DNA of 64,000 nt from Vulcanimicrobiota bacterium (GCA_963812155.1 CAWETW010000004.1:96001-160000), one strand, 5' to 3'. Shown: positions 43,448-53,548, counted from the first letter of the stretch. Notes: generated by a model not told the origin, from the letters alone. Numbers and translations are program-made.

Positions 43448-43713
43448 CGCTCGCCGCCGCGTTCCACGTCGGCGTCGTGGAACGTTCCTCGTTTCGCGCT
43501 TTCGTCGAGTTCGAGGTCGTCGAGAAAATAGTACACGATCTTACGGTCGGGGAATCCGACCTTGGCGAGCGACCGTCCGCCGATCTCGACGACTTCGTGA
43601 ATGTGCCCTTCGCGCTGCGCGTATGCGTAGTTGATCGCCGCGTACTGCGGGTCCCCAGGCTTGGGATGCGCAATCGCCTTCACGCCGCGCAACGGCGTAC
43701 GATGCCGGTGCAT
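43444..43713 (-). CDS. Hypothetical protein
   Basis: Short ORF with protein-like composition. Confidence 0.6.
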   Translation of the reverse strand: MHRHRTPLRGVKAIAHPKPGDPQYAAINYAYAQREGHIHEVVEIGGRSLAKVGFPDRKIVYYFLDDLELDESAKRGTFHDADVERGGER

Positions 43714-43754
43714 GCCGACCGAGGTTCGACGCGCGGCGCTCCGAAACATGGCGT

Positions 43755-44297
43755 ATGTTGATTCCTTTTCGCGGCAAGCGGCCCCGCATCGACCCGTCGG
43801 CCTTCGTCGCTCCGACCGCCGTGCTGATCGGCGACGTGGAGATCGGCGCAGAATCGAGCGTCTGGTTCGGCGCGGTGCTGCGCGCCGACAACGGCCCGAT
43901 CCGAGTCGGCGAGCGAACGTCGATTCAGGACAACGCCGTCGTTCACGTCAGCGAGCACGGCGCCACGCTCATCGGCGACGACGTCACGATCGGACATGCG
44001 GCCGTCATGGAGGATTGCGACATCAAACCGCACGCGCTCATCGGCAGCAACGCAACGTTGCTCAACGGCTGTACGATCGGTGAGGGCGCGTTGATCGCCG
44101 CCGGGAGCGTCGTGGGAGAGCGCGCCGAGATTCCACCGCGCGTGCTCGCTGCGGGTGCGCCCGCAAAGGTCAAAAAAAACCTGGAAGGTGAAGCTGCGAC
44201 CTGGATCGAGATATCCTCCGGCGAGTACGTGAAATTGTCGCGAGCGTATTTAGCGCAAAGTATCGGTGCCGCCGAAGACCAGGAGATCCGCATTTAG
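43755..44297 (+). CDS. Gamma carbonic anhydrase family protein (YrdA/PaaY-like)
   Basis: GDVEIG..SSVWFGAVLRAD, IQDNAVVH, VTIGH. Confidence 0.9.
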   Translation: MLIPFRGKRPRIDPSAFVAPTAVLIGDVEIGAESSVWFGAVLRADNGPIRVGERTSIQDNAVVHVSEHGATLIGDDVTIGHAAVMEDCDIKPHALIGSNATLLNGCTIGEGALIAAGSVVGERAEIPPRVLAAGAPAKVKKNLEGEAATWIEISSGEYVKLSRAYLAQSIGAAEDQEIRI

Positions 44298-44761
44298 TGG
44301 CCGTCCGCGACGCAATCGCGCAGTTCATTCAAGAGCAGGGGCACCGCGTCGAAACGGCGAGTGTCGGCGACGCCGAGGAGCTTTGCGAACTCATCTTTCG
44401 TACGCGCGGCCAAACCTTCTCGCTAGCGGTTTCCGAACTGGAACCGCAACGCTTCAGTTTGTCGACGGCGTACGAGGTTCCCGACACGGTGCGCGACCCG
44501 AGGCAGGTCCGCGACGCGCTGCAGGAACTCGAGGGCGACGATCCTGCAGTGCGCTTTACGCTCGCGCACGACGATACGATCTTTATCATCACCCTCGAAT
44601 CGCGCTCGATCGGGGTGGACGCGCTGCTCGAAGGTTTTTGGGGCATCGTCGGCCGCGTTCGTCAATCCGGCAGCGCCGCCGTCGAACGCATGCTGGACCG
44701 CAGCGAAAGCAAAGCGGCCGCCGACAAGTTCATCCGGCAGTTCACGAAGGGCAGCCTATAG
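44297..44761 (+). CDS. Hypothetical protein (possible YbjN-like fold)
   Basis: 154-aa acidic ORF coupled to the previous gene. Confidence 0.65.
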   Translation: MAVRDAIAQFIQEQGHRVETASVGDAEELCELIFRTRGQTFSLAVSELEPQRFSLSTAYEVPDTVRDPRQVRDALQELEGDDPAVRFTLAHDDTIFIITLESRSIGVDALLEGFWGIVGRVRQSGSAAVERMLDRSESKAAADKFIRQFTKGSL

Positions 44762-44771
44762 GGCTGAAGCG

Positions 44772-45189
44772 GTGAGCGACAGCGACCACCTCGCTCCGAT
44801 CGAAACGGCGATCGAAGACGAGGGATTGATCTTCTCGCGCGACGACGATGCCGATGCGCTCCGAATCACGTTTAAGAGTGAAGGCGATCGGTACTTCGTC
44901 GTCGGCTATCGCGACGACCCGAACTTCGTCATGCTCGGATCGGGATGGGCGCTTCCGCCGGAAATCGCGCTGCAGCGCGCCGGTGCTCGCCGCAAACTCG
45001 CTCAACGTGCGAAAGAAGTTCGTCAAATCGGCCATCTGGGAAGAGGAACGCGACGCGCTCTTCACCATCGAACTTTGCGTGAGCGACGCCGAGGAGATCC
45101 GGCCGCACTTCGGGCGCCTCCTCGACGCCTTGCGCGACACCGCCGTCGAATTCTTCGCCGAACTCCGCAACGGTAGTGAGGAACCCTAG
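44772..45189 (+). CDS. YbjN-like protein (frameshift ~44975)
   Basis: DDDADALRITFKSEG..YFV..DDP.F, then AANSLNVRKKFVK in the next frame. Confidence 0.65.
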
Positions 45190-45288
45190 GGAGCGCTGAT
45201 TTAGTCCAAATCTAGGAAGCGATGGCCGAAGTTTGCTTTAGCAAATGAGGCCGAGCTGACAACGAGTTGGGCTAAATCAGAGTTCCCT
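45188..45288 (+). repeat. ~100-bp palindromic intergenic element
   Basis: Terminal IR AGGGAGCGCTGATTTAGTCCAA / TTGGGCTAAATCAGAGTTCCCT; homologous to 54211-54314. Confidence 0.85.
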
Positions 45289-46661
45289 CACGCAACTGGG
45301 AAGTGCGATTCGTCCCCATAGGGCACGAAGGTCGTGAACTCCGCCTGGAAGCGAAGTTTCGCCGTCCCGGTCGGCCCGTTGCGGTGCTTGGCGATGATAA
45401 ACTCGGTGACGTCGGCGTCGGGCGCTTCGGGATTGTAGTAGCCGTTACGGTAGAGAAAAGCGACTACGTCGGCCTCTTGCTCGATCGATCCGGAATCGCG
45501 AAGGTCGGCGAGCATCGGACGTTTTTCTTGGCGCGTTTCGACCGCGCGGTTGAGCTGCGCCAGCGCGACGATGGGAACGCCAAGCTCCTTCGCCGTCACC
45601 TTGAGCGTACGGCAGATCTCCGAAAGCTCTTCGTTGCGGTTGACGTTGCGCACCAGAATGCCGGGACGCATCAACTGTAAGTAGTCGACGAAGATCGCGC
45701 CGAGCGCGGAGCCGGCCGTCTTCTTCAGGAGGCGGCAACGGTTGCGCACGTCGCTGACGCTGAGCGCACCCACGTCGTCGAGATAGATCGGCAGATGGTC
45801 GAGGGTCTCCATCGCTCGCGAGATGCTCTCCCATTGGTGCTCTTTGATCAGGCCGCGGCGCATATCGTTCATCGAGATGCGCGCCTCGGAACAGATGAGC
45901 CGCTGGATCAGTTCGTTGTTCGACATTTCCAGCGAGAAGAACGCGATCGGCTCGCCGGCCTCGCGCGCGGCCGCCACCGCCATATTGAGCGCGAACGACG
46001 ATTTGCCCATGCCGGGGCGAGCCGCAATGATGATGAAGTTTCCCGGCTGGAAACCGGTCGTCATCGCATCGATGTCGGAAAAACCCGACGTGAGCCCGGT
46101 GCGGCCGCCGCGCAAATGGTAGAGCCGATCGATGCTGTCGAAGGCATCTTTGAGCAGGCTCTTGACCGGCTTGAATTCCTTCGGCCCACGCTCTTCGCCG
46201 ATTTGGTAGACGAGTTGCTGCGCACGATCCAGCGCGCCGGCGACGTCCTCCTCTCCTTCATATCCAAGCTGCGTCACTTGCGTGCCGGCGCCGATAAGCG
46301 AGCGCAGCGCCGCCTTTTCTTTGACGATCGTCGCGTAGAAGCGCGCCGACGCTGCCGACTGTACGGTGTCCATCAGCGCGCTGAGATACGAAATGCCGCC
46401 GACTCGGTCGAGTGCGTCGCGATTGCGCAATTCTTCGCTGACGGTGATCTTATCGATCGGTTCGTCGTGCTCGAAGAGGAATACGAGCACCGAAAAAATC
46501 GTTTCGTGGACGTGCGCGTAAAAATCGGCCGGCTTCACGAGCTGTCCGACTTCGCTCATCATGCCCTTGTCGACGAGGATCGAACCGAGAACGGCCATTT
46601 CCGCCTCGAGGTTGTGCGGCGGAATGCGGTCGATCGGCGAAGGTAACGGTTGCGCGCTCAT
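45288..46661 (-). CDS. dnaB: Replicative DNA helicase
   Basis: PPHNLEAE, AARPGMGKS, DYLQL, QLNR, DLRDSGSIEQEAD, KHRNGPTG. Confidence 0.97.
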   Translation of the reverse strand: MSAQPLPSPIDRIPPHNLEAEMAVLGSILVDKGMMSEVGQLVKPADFYAHVHETIFSVLVFLFEHDEPIDKITVSEELRNRDALDRVGGISYLSALMDTVQSAASARFYATIVKEKAALRSLIGAGTQVTQLGYEGEEDVAGALDRAQQLVYQIGEERGPKEFKPVKSLLKDAFDSIDRLYHLRGGRTGLTSGFSDIDAMTTGFQPGNFIIIAARPGMGKSSFALNMAVAAAREAGEPIAFFSLEMSNNELIQRLICSEARISMNDMRRGLIKEHQWESISRAMETLDHLPIYLDDVGALSVSDVRNRCRLLKKTAGSALGAIFVDYLQLMRPGILVRNVNRNEELSEICRTLKVTAKELGVPIVALAQLNRAVETRQEKRPMLADLRDSGSIEQEADVVAFLYRNGYYNPEAPDADVTEFIIAKHRNGPTGTAKLRFQAEFTTFVPYGDESHFPVA

Positions 46662-48634
46662 TGACGTCGAGCGGCTTTCCGGCGCGCCGGATGTGAACGC
46701 CTTGTGGACCGCCTGTGCATATGCAATTCTTGCATCACCCGGGCGACGCTTGCGACCGCCGCGACGTCGATTCCGGCGAGCGACCGGTCCACCTCGTGCG
46801 CGTTTTCCTTAGGCAACAGCACGCGCCGCATACCCGCCTGGCGCGCGGCATAGAGCTTCTCGATCACGCCGCCTACGCCGCGAATCTTTCCCTGAATCGA
46901 GAGTTCGCCGGTGATCGCTACGTCTTGCGGCAGCGGCGTCTTGGTGATCGCGGAGTAAAGCGCGAGGAAGATGGCCAGACCGGCGGAGGGACCGTCGATG
47001 TTGCCGCCGCCGACGACGTTGATGTGCAGGTCGAAGTCGGCCGTATCGATGCCGGCGAGCGCGCGCAGCACGCTGGTCGCGTTGAACACCGAATCCTTGG
47101 CCATCGTGCCGGCCGTGTCGTTGAAGCGTATTCTCCCCTTGCCCGCCTGTGATGCCCGAAATGCGACCGCCTCGATTTCGATGATGCTTCCGAGATAGTG
47201 CAGCACGCCCAGCCCGAACGTCTTTCCGATTTCCCGGCGCGCGCGCGCTTTCACTTGCGTATGCTTCACGAGCCGGCTGGTTTGCACGACCGCCTGCACG
47301 TCGCTCTCTCGAATCGCGGGACGCTTGGCGGCGCCGCCGCGCTTGCGGGGGGCGAGCCGGTAGAGTGCCTGCCCGTACGCATCGGCGACGATCTGCACGG
47401 CCTTACGCCCTTCGATCGTGTAGGTGGCGATCGTGCGCGCGACGATTTGCGCGGCGCGCGATCCGAGCCGTTCGATCGCATCCTGGACGATCCTCACGAC
47501 CTGCTGCTGCGTTAGCGGCGAAAAGAAGATTTCGGCGCAGCGCGAGCGGATCGCAGGATCGATGTCTTCGGGTTCGCGTGTCGTCGCGCCGATGAGGATG
47601 AAATCGGCGGGCGCACCTTCGCGAAAAAGGCGTTTGACGTACTCGGGTACGTTCGGAGCGGTTTCGTCGAAATACGACGATTCGAACGTCACGCGCTTAT
47701 CTTCGAGTACTTTAAGCAGCCGCGATTGCAACGACGCATCCATTTCACCGATTTCGTCGATGAAAAGTACCCCGCCGTGCGCCTTCGTGACGAGGCCGAG
47801 TTTCGGCTCGGGGACGCCGGCCTCGGCAAATTCGCGCCGGCTGCCCTGGTAGATCGGGTCGTGCACGCTGCCGAGCAGCGGATTGATCGTTTCGCGCGGA
47901 TCCCAGCGCAACGTGCTTCCGCTGGCCTCGACGAACGGCGCGCTCTTGGCAAACGGCGTATACGGGCGCGTTTTGGCAACCTCGAGCGCCAATCGTGCGA
48001 CGGTCGTCTTGCCGACTCCGGGGGGTCCGTAGAGGATGACGTGCTGCGGATACGGCGACGAGATCTTCGCGAGCAGCGCTTTGATCGCGGCCTCTTGTCC
48101 GACGATGTCGCGCAGCGACTGGGGACGCAGCTGCGCAAGCGCCGACGCGGCCAGCGTGCGTCGCGAGAGCGCGTCGAGTTCGTCGAGTTTCGCCTTCGTA
48201 GACGGAGTTTCGGGTCCACCGCTCTCGCGCAGCGCTTCGAGCTTGAGATCCTTGAGGTACTCATCGTGACGTTCCGACATCTTCTCGGTGACGCGCTTCT
48301 CGATCGCATCCTCGGCGTGGCGCTGCGCCAACGCGTCGGCCATCGCTTCCTCGATCTCGGCGATGACCTTGCGCTGCTGGGCGCGCGTCGTTGCGCGTTC
48401 GAGCGTCGGATCCTCGAAGACCAGGCGCGCAAGTGCGCAGAGACGATCGGATAGGTGATGCGAGCGCATCATGCGCAGCGCGTTGACTTTACCGGCGCGC
48501 AGAACGAGCTTATCGGATCCGTGCAGCGCGGTGAGCATCTCGTAGAGCGCGCTTACGTAGCGGTTGAGTTCGTCTTCGACGCCGAACTTGCGGCGGAGGC
48601 GCGACACCGGCGACTGGCGCGCGTTTGCGGCCAC
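46658..48634 (-). CDS. lonC: Lon family ATP-dependent protease (LonC-type)
   Basis: GPPGVGKT, LRWDPRE, FIDEIGE, DGPSAG Ser and catalytic Lys; located between rplI and dnaB. Confidence 0.85.
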   Translation of the reverse strand: MAANARQSPVSRLRRKFGVEDELNRYVSALYEMLTALHGSDKLVLRAGKVNALRMMRSHHLSDRLCALARLVFEDPTLERATTRAQQRKVIAEIEEAMADALAQRHAEDAIEKRVTEKMSERHDEYLKDLKLEALRESGGPETPSTKAKLDELDALSRRTLAASALAQLRPQSLRDIVGQEAAIKALLAKISSPYPQHVILYGPPGVGKTTVARLALEVAKTRPYTPFAKSAPFVEASGSTLRWDPRETINPLLGSVHDPIYQGSRREFAEAGVPEPKLGLVTKAHGGVLFIDEIGEMDASLQSRLLKVLEDKRVTFESSYFDETAPNVPEYVKRLFREGAPADFILIGATTREPEDIDPAIRSRCAEIFFSPLTQQQVVRIVQDAIERLGSRAAQIVARTIATYTIEGRKAVQIVADAYGQALYRLAPRKRGGAAKRPAIRESDVQAVVQTSRLVKHTQVKARARREIGKTFGLGVLHYLGSIIEIEAVAFRASQAGKGRIRFNDTAGTMAKDSVFNATSVLRALAGIDTADFDLHINVVGGGNIDGPSAGLAIFLALYSAITKTPLPQDVAITGELSIQGKIRGVGGVIEKLYAARQAGMRRVLLPKENAHEVDRSLAGIDVAAVASVARVMQELHMHRRSTRRSHPARRKAARRQ

Positions 48635-48646
48635 GGCCGTCTTCAG

Positions 48647-49093
48647 TTACGTAGCCACGACGTCGACGGTCGTTTTGGCGACGACGTTCTTGTGGAGCTT
48701 GATCTCGACCGGGTAGGATCCCAGCGCCTTGATAGAGCTCTTGAGCTCGATTTTATGCTTGTCGATGGTGACCGCCAGCGACTGCGCAATGGCCGACGCC
48801 ACGTCGGCGTTGGTGACGGCCCCGAACAGCTTGCCGTTGCCGCCCGCTTTGGCTTTGACCGCGAGTTTGGCCGTTTCCAATCTCGCCGCCAGCGCTCGCG
48901 CGTCGTCGAGCAGCTGCGCGTCGCGCCTCAGCTGCGCCTTGCGTTGAGAACCCAGCCGCGCCAGTGCACCCTTGTCGGCTTCGGTCGCGAGTTTGCGGGG
49001 GAGAAGGAAGTTACGGGCGTAGCCCTCGGCAACCTCGACGACGTCGCCGCCCTTCCCGAGCGACGTCACGTCGGCGAGAAGAATGAGTTTCAC
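48647..49093 (-). CDS. rplI: 50S ribosomal protein L9
   Basis: MKLILLADV..LGK.G..V.V..GYARNFLLP; KLFGAVT. Confidence 0.97.
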   Translation of the reverse strand: MKLILLADVTSLGKGGDVVEVAEGYARNFLLPRKLATEADKGALARLGSQRKAQLRRDAQLLDDARALAARLETAKLAVKAKAGGNGKLFGAVTNADVASAIAQSLAVTIDKHKIELKSSIKALGSYPVEIKLHKNVVAKTTVDVVAT

Positions 49094-49099
49094 GTGCCG

Positions 49100-49351
49100 T
49101 TACTCCGAAACGTAGGGGAGAAATGCGATCACCCGGGCGCGCTTGATCGCGACCGTCAACAGCCGCTGGTGCTTCGCGCAATTGCCGGAGATGCGCCGCG
49201 GCACGATCTTGCCGCGCTCCGACACGTACTTCTTCAAACGGTTGACTTCGCGATAGCTGACGTCGGCGATCTTGTCGGCGCAGAACGTGCACGGTTTGCG
49301 TTTGGGACGCCGGTCTTTGACCGCGCGCTTGGTCTTGGTCTTGGTTGCCAT
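49100..49351 (-). CDS. rpsR: 30S ribosomal protein S18 (zinc-binding form)
   Basis: [40 protein letters not shown]. Confidence 0.97.
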   Translation of the reverse strand: MATKTKTKRAVKDRRPKRKPCTFCADKIADVSYREVNRLKKYVSERGKIVPRRISGNCAKHQRLLTVAIKRARVIAFLPYVSE

Positions 49352-49462
49352 TGGTGTCCTTTCGACTAGGTGGTCGCCGGTCGAGGATTCCGCTCCGCCG
49401 TGGAGGCGAGAACGGGGACTCGACCCTAGCCAGGTGACGCGACCATTTCGCGGCACCACCGG

Positions 49463-49514
49463 CGAAAATGCCGTCCTTCGCTTACGGCGCTATGCGCCTT
49501 CGCTCAGGATGACA
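49463..49514 (-). repeat. REP-like repeat (GTCATCCTGAGC...GAAGG family)
   Basis: TGTCATCCTGAGCGAAGGCGCATAGCGCCGTAAGCGAAGGACGGCATTTTCGC on the minus strand. Confidence 0.7.
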
Positions 49515-49626
49515 GGGTGCCGGCCGGTGCGGCAACAGCGCCCATCCTACCACGCGCCGTCACGGCAAGCCAGCCCAAAGACTACCGAACGTGCGTTCGT
49601 AGCTTTTCGAAATAATTCCCTGGTGG

Positions 49627-49938
49627 TTAGTGCGGTCTGCGGGCTTCCCCGGCCCGGTAACGGTAGACGATCCGGGCCTTGGTCAGGTCGTAGGGCGACA
49701 TCTCGAGTTCGACGCGGTCGCCCAGCAACAGCTTGATGCGATGCCTCCGCAGGCGGCCGGCAATGTGCGCAAGGACGGTGTGGCCGTTCTCCAACTCTAC
49801 CGCGAAGGTCGTGCTGGGGAAGACTTGCTTGATCGTCCCGAAGAGCTCGAGCGGGGCCTCCTTGGAGGTGTCGGGGACGCTGGGTGCACTGTTGGTTTCG
49901 CGGCGGGGGCGGCTTTTTCTACGACCTGGACGGGCCAA
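49627..49938 (-). CDS. infA: Translation initiation factor IF-1 with N-terminal extension
   Basis: F.VELENGH.VLAHIAG.LR...I..L.GD.V..EMSPYDLTKARI.YR; TTG start with AAGGAG RBS. Confidence 0.93.
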   Translation of the reverse strand: MARPGRRKSRPRRETNSAPSVPDTSKEAPLELFGTIKQVFPSTTFAVELENGHTVLAHIAGRLRRHRIKLLLGDRVELEMSPYDLTKARIVYRYRAGEARRPH

Positions 49939-50132
49939 ACGAGCTCCTTCTGAGACGGCGGGCGAAGCGTGGGTAGTATCTCACACGACGCCGTGCCCGA
50001 ACAAGGCTGACGGCCGGAACCGGTCCCGGCCGAGTGCAGATTCTTGGGCCTCCCTGGCACCATTGGCGCAGGAATGGTGTATAGTGTTGGGGTTACCCAG
50101 GTTTCGAAGTCCGCAAAGTCACGTTCCGCGTC

Positions 50133-50188
50133 ACTAGCGAGTCGGATCCGGAGAACATCAATCACACTCTTTCAGGAGACTCGTTAGT
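50133..50188 (+). promoter_or_regulatory. 5' UTR hairpin adjoining and partly occluding the RBS
   Basis: ACTAGCGAGTC pairs with GACTCGTTAGT next to CAGGAG; TATAGT -10 at ~50080. Confidence 0.5.
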
Positions 50189-50192
50189 TTCG

Positions 50193-50498
50193 ATGTATAC
50201 CAATGAAATGCTCACCTGCGTGGACTGCGGACGTCAGTTCCCATTCACCGCGGGCGAACAAGAATTCTTTGCGATGAAGGGCTTCACGAATAAGCCGAAC
50301 CGTTGCACCGATTGCCGCGCCGCCCGCAAGGCCGGACGCTCGCAAGGTGGCGGCGGCGGCGGCGGCGGCGGTCATCGCGAGATGTTCAAAGCGACGTGCA
50401 GCCAGTGCGGCGGTGTCGCCGAGGTCCCGTTTCAGCCGCGCGGCGACAAGCCCGTCTATTGCCGCGATTGTTTCTCCTCGCGTTCGGGTTACCGCTAA
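50193..50498 (+). CDS. Zinc-ribbon / CxxC-x17-CxxC domain protein
   Basis: CVDC..FT.GEQ.FF..KGF.N.P.RC..C, Gly linker, CSQC..VPF.P...KPVYCRDC. Confidence 0.92.
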   Translation: MYTNEMLTCVDCGRQFPFTAGEQEFFAMKGFTNKPNRCTDCRAARKAGRSQGGGGGGGGGHREMFKATCSQCGGVAEVPFQPRGDKPVYCRDCFSSRSGYR

Positions 50499-50527
50499 AC
50501 GCGGTCCGCGCGATTGAGCGAACACGC

Positions 50528-50560
50528 CGAGAGCCCGCGTCAAGCGGGCTCTCGTGCTTT
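50528..50560 (+). terminator. Terminator-like hairpin
   Basis: CGAGAGCCCGC / GCGGGCTCTCG followed by TGCTTT. Confidence 0.6.
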
Positions 50561-50759
50561 ACCGGCCTCGTCGCGCAAGAACGGCGGTCCGCGTTCCTGC
50601 TATAACAAGAACGGCTCGCCGAAGACCGCCTTCGCTACCAAGAAACTTGCGGAGCGCGCCATCCCAAAGAGTAGCGTGCGCTTACGCCCTTATGCATGCC
50701 TCGACCACGGCTGGCACCTAGGACATTAAAGAAGGCCCGATTTATCGAGTCTTCTCTTA

Positions 50760-52229
50760 TTAGAAGAGGTTCCAGAGATACTGGTTGTAGACTTCGTGAT
50801 GGTATTGCACTTCTTGCGCCTTTACGAAGCTCCCGAGTAGGCGCGGGCAGCGATCGGCGCTGGCCTGTTTGAGGTCGGCGTAGCGCGCTTTGACGTCGTG
50901 GCCGAGCATTTCCGTCGTCCACTTCGAGTTGCGAAAATCGGCGAGCGCATCGTAAATGTTGTCGGGCAGGTAGTGCTCGGCTTGGCGAAGGTTGGCGTCG
51001 TCGCTGATGCTTCCGTGCAAACCGGTCTTGAAAACGGCGAGCATCACCATGTACGGATTGGCGTCGGGCGCGACCGATCGAAGTTCCACACGCGAACTGC
51101 GCTCGTTGCCGATCGGAACGCGCACCATCGAGCCGCGATCGACGGCCGAAGCCTTGATTTGATTCGGCGCTTCGAAGTGCGGGTCGAGCCGGCGGTACGA
51201 GTTCACGCTCGAGTTCAGCATGAGGCACACGTCGGGACCGTGCGTCAGAATCCGGTCGACGAACTGCCATGCAAACGGTGAAAGCCGCTCGGTGCCTTGC
51301 GGATCCCAAAAGAGATTCTTGCCGTCTTTGCTCACCGAGACGTTGGTGTGCATCCCGCTGCCGTTCACGCCGACCACCGGCTTAGGCAAGAAACTTGCCG
51401 TCATGCCGAGGCGCGTTGCGACCTGACGGCAGATCAGTTTGTAGAGTTGAATCTGATCGGCGGCCGCGACGACTTCGCCGTAACCGTAGTTGATCTCGAA
51501 CTGCGAGGGCGCGACTTCGGGATGATCCTTTTCGTTTTGAAAGCCCATCGCGCGCTGCACTTCGGCGACCGAGTCGATGAACGTCCGCAACGGATCGCCG
51601 GGCAACGAGTGGTAGTAGCCTCCGGTGTTGACGTATTCGAATCTGCCCGTTTCGTGGTAGCGCCGTTCGGCGTCGAGTCCTTGGAAGAGAAAGCCTTCGA
51701 TTTCGTTGGCGGCGTTGAGCGTGAGACCGTCGGCCGCGTAACAGTCGTTCGAGAGTTTTTTGAGCGCGCCCCGGATGTCGCCGGCAAACGGCGCACCGTC
51801 GCGATCGAGCACGTCGGCGAAGACGAGCACCTTCCCCGGACCGAAGATATCGGCCGGCCCCCAGTAAAAAGCGCTCCAATCGAGCGCCAAGCGGAGATCG
51901 CTTTCACGCTGCGGCGTAAAGCCGCGTATCGAGGATCCGTCGAAGGTGAGATTATCGTGCGCGCCGAGCAAGAATTTCTTGTCGTAGTCGAGCATGTGCA
52001 GGCGCCCTTCGAGATCGCTGAAGAGCACGGTCACCGCTTTGATGCGCTTTTCGCCGGAGAGATAGCCAAGGCGCTCCTCGGCCAGCTGATGCGCCGCCGC
52101 GCGATCCTTGCGCTGACGCTTCACGCCAAGGTTGAAGTCCTCGAGTTCGGAGTACGTCAGGGCGAGAAAATCGCGAAGATCGGTGGGATTGTGTGGTTGC
52201 ATTCTCGTCGTCATCCTCGTTCGTTGCAT
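50760..52229 (-). CDS. Glutamine synthetase family protein
   Basis: FDGSSI.GF, ESD, EIE, HPEVAPSQFE, PKP..GVNGSGMH, RVELRS.APDANPY. Confidence 0.92.
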   Translation of the reverse strand: MQRTRMTTRMQPHNPTDLRDFLALTYSELEDFNLGVKRQRKDRAAAHQLAEERLGYLSGEKRIKAVTVLFSDLEGRLHMLDYDKKFLLGAHDNLTFDGSSIRGFTPQRESDLRLALDWSAFYWGPADIFGPGKVLVFADVLDRDGAPFAGDIRGALKKLSNDCYAADGLTLNAANEIEGFLFQGLDAERRYHETGRFEYVNTGGYYHSLPGDPLRTFIDSVAEVQRAMGFQNEKDHPEVAPSQFEINYGYGEVVAAADQIQLYKLICRQVATRLGMTASFLPKPVVGVNGSGMHTNVSVSKDGKNLFWDPQGTERLSPFAWQFVDRILTHGPDVCLMLNSSVNSYRRLDPHFEAPNQIKASAVDRGSMVRVPIGNERSSRVELRSVAPDANPYMVMLAVFKTGLHGSISDDANLRQAEHYLPDNIYDALADFRNSKWTTEMLGHDVKARYADLKQASADRCPRLLGSFVKAQEVQYHHEVYNQYLWNLF

Positions 52230-52362
52230 CCTCCAAGCCGGTGCGGGTTACTCACGCGATTTGGAAGCACGCGGACAAGCGCCTTTGTCCATCGGTGACG
52301 CCGAATCTGTGGTTTTGGCTAAGGAAGGCTCGGTTTAGTCCAACTCGTCTTCGGCTCGCGCC

Positions 52363-52995
52363 TCAGATACCGAACGACGGATAGACGCCGTGTATTCCCG
52401 TAATGATGAGTTCGATGGCGATGGCGAGGATGAGGAAGCCCAAGATGCGATCGATCGCGCCCAAGACGCCCGGGCCCATGCGTCTGGCCAGCGGCCCGCC
52501 GACTCGCAGCAGCACGTAGACGAGCACGCCCATTGCAACAATCGCGCTCACGATGCCGATCATCCAGGTCGCCGGATCGGGGCGCGCCGCCAGCGCCATG
52601 ACCACCCCGATCGCCCCGGGACCGGCAAGCATCGGCATTGCCATCGGGCTGAACGCGATATCTTGCTTCTCGCCGGCCTCGGCGTTCTCGGCAGCCGTCA
52701 AACGGCTGGACGCCGTCACCATCGTCCATGCGGTGTGCGCGACGATCAGGCCGCCGGCGATGCGCAATGCGGCGAGCGAAATCCCAAAGAACTCGAGAAC
52801 GAAGGAGCCGGCAAGCGCGAACGCCACGAGGATCGCGATCACGAAGAGTGCGACCCGCAGGGCCGTGGAGTTGCGCTCGGCTTCGCTGTCGCCGCTGGTG
52901 AGGGCAAAGAATACCGCAAGTCCGCCGATCGGGTTCACGATCGGAAAGAGGGCGGCGAACGCGGTAATCGCCGCGCTCGCGACGGCGGGAAGCAT
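52363..52995 (-). CDS. MarC family membrane protein
   Basis: LFPIVNPIG, FGISL.ALRIAGG, PMAMPMLAGPGAI. Confidence 0.92.
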   Translation of the reverse strand: MLPAVASAAITAFAALFPIVNPIGGLAVFFALTSGDSEAERNSTALRVALFVIAILVAFALAGSFVLEFFGISLAALRIAGGLIVAHTAWTMVTASSRLTAAENAEAGEKQDIAFSPMAMPMLAGPGAIGVVMALAARPDPATWMIGIVSAIVAMGVLVYVLLRVGGPLARRMGPGVLGAIDRILGFLILAIAIELIITGIHGVYPSFGI

Positions 52996-53125
52996 TGCGG
53001 CGCGGTACGGGTTCGCGGTTGGCCCGACCTTCCTCGGGTCACGCGCGACGCCGCTCCTTCGCTCTTTTCATTCATAGGAACCCGCCGGAAAACCGTCTAA
53101 ACGCCACTGCCCTGGAGGGCCCGAC

Positions 53126-53548
53126 GTGAACGCAATGTCCCGCCGTTTCGTCACCGTTTCCGCCACGATGCTGACGTGCGTGGCGCTGCTTACGGCCCGC
53201 GCTCCAGCGGAGATTCTGATCGCGGTGGGCGACAGCGTGACGGTCGCCAACGAACCCGTGAGCGACTGTAACGCGAAGGCCAAGACGGCCCTCGGCAGCG
53301 TCCTTCAGAACGCCGGCGACAACGGCGCAGGCGTGTGGCTCGCGTACGGGCCGTCCGACGCTTCGGGACACTCGTCGGCCACCGCCGCCATTCATTGCTA
53401 CCCGCTCGACAACGGCTACAACGTGAGCTTCACGTGCGCCGTCGAAGTGCCGCCCAATCCCGACACGGCCACGACGCTGTGCACGAAACTCGCTGCGGCA
53501 TTCCCGTCTCTGAAAGCCGCCCTCGTGACGGGTCAGAGCGGACGATGA
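53126..53548 (+). CDS. Secreted Cys-containing protein (paralog A)
   Basis: Signal peptide; C..KAKTAL, C, FTC, P.NP..A..LC; GGAGG RBS. Confidence 0.75.
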   Translation: MNAMSRRFVTVSATMLTCVALLTARAPAEILIAVGDSVTVANEPVSDCNAKAKTALGSVLQNAGDNGAGVWLAYGPSDASGHSSATAAIHCYPLDNGYNVSFTCAVEVPPNPDTATTLCTKLAAAFPSLKAALVTGQSGR

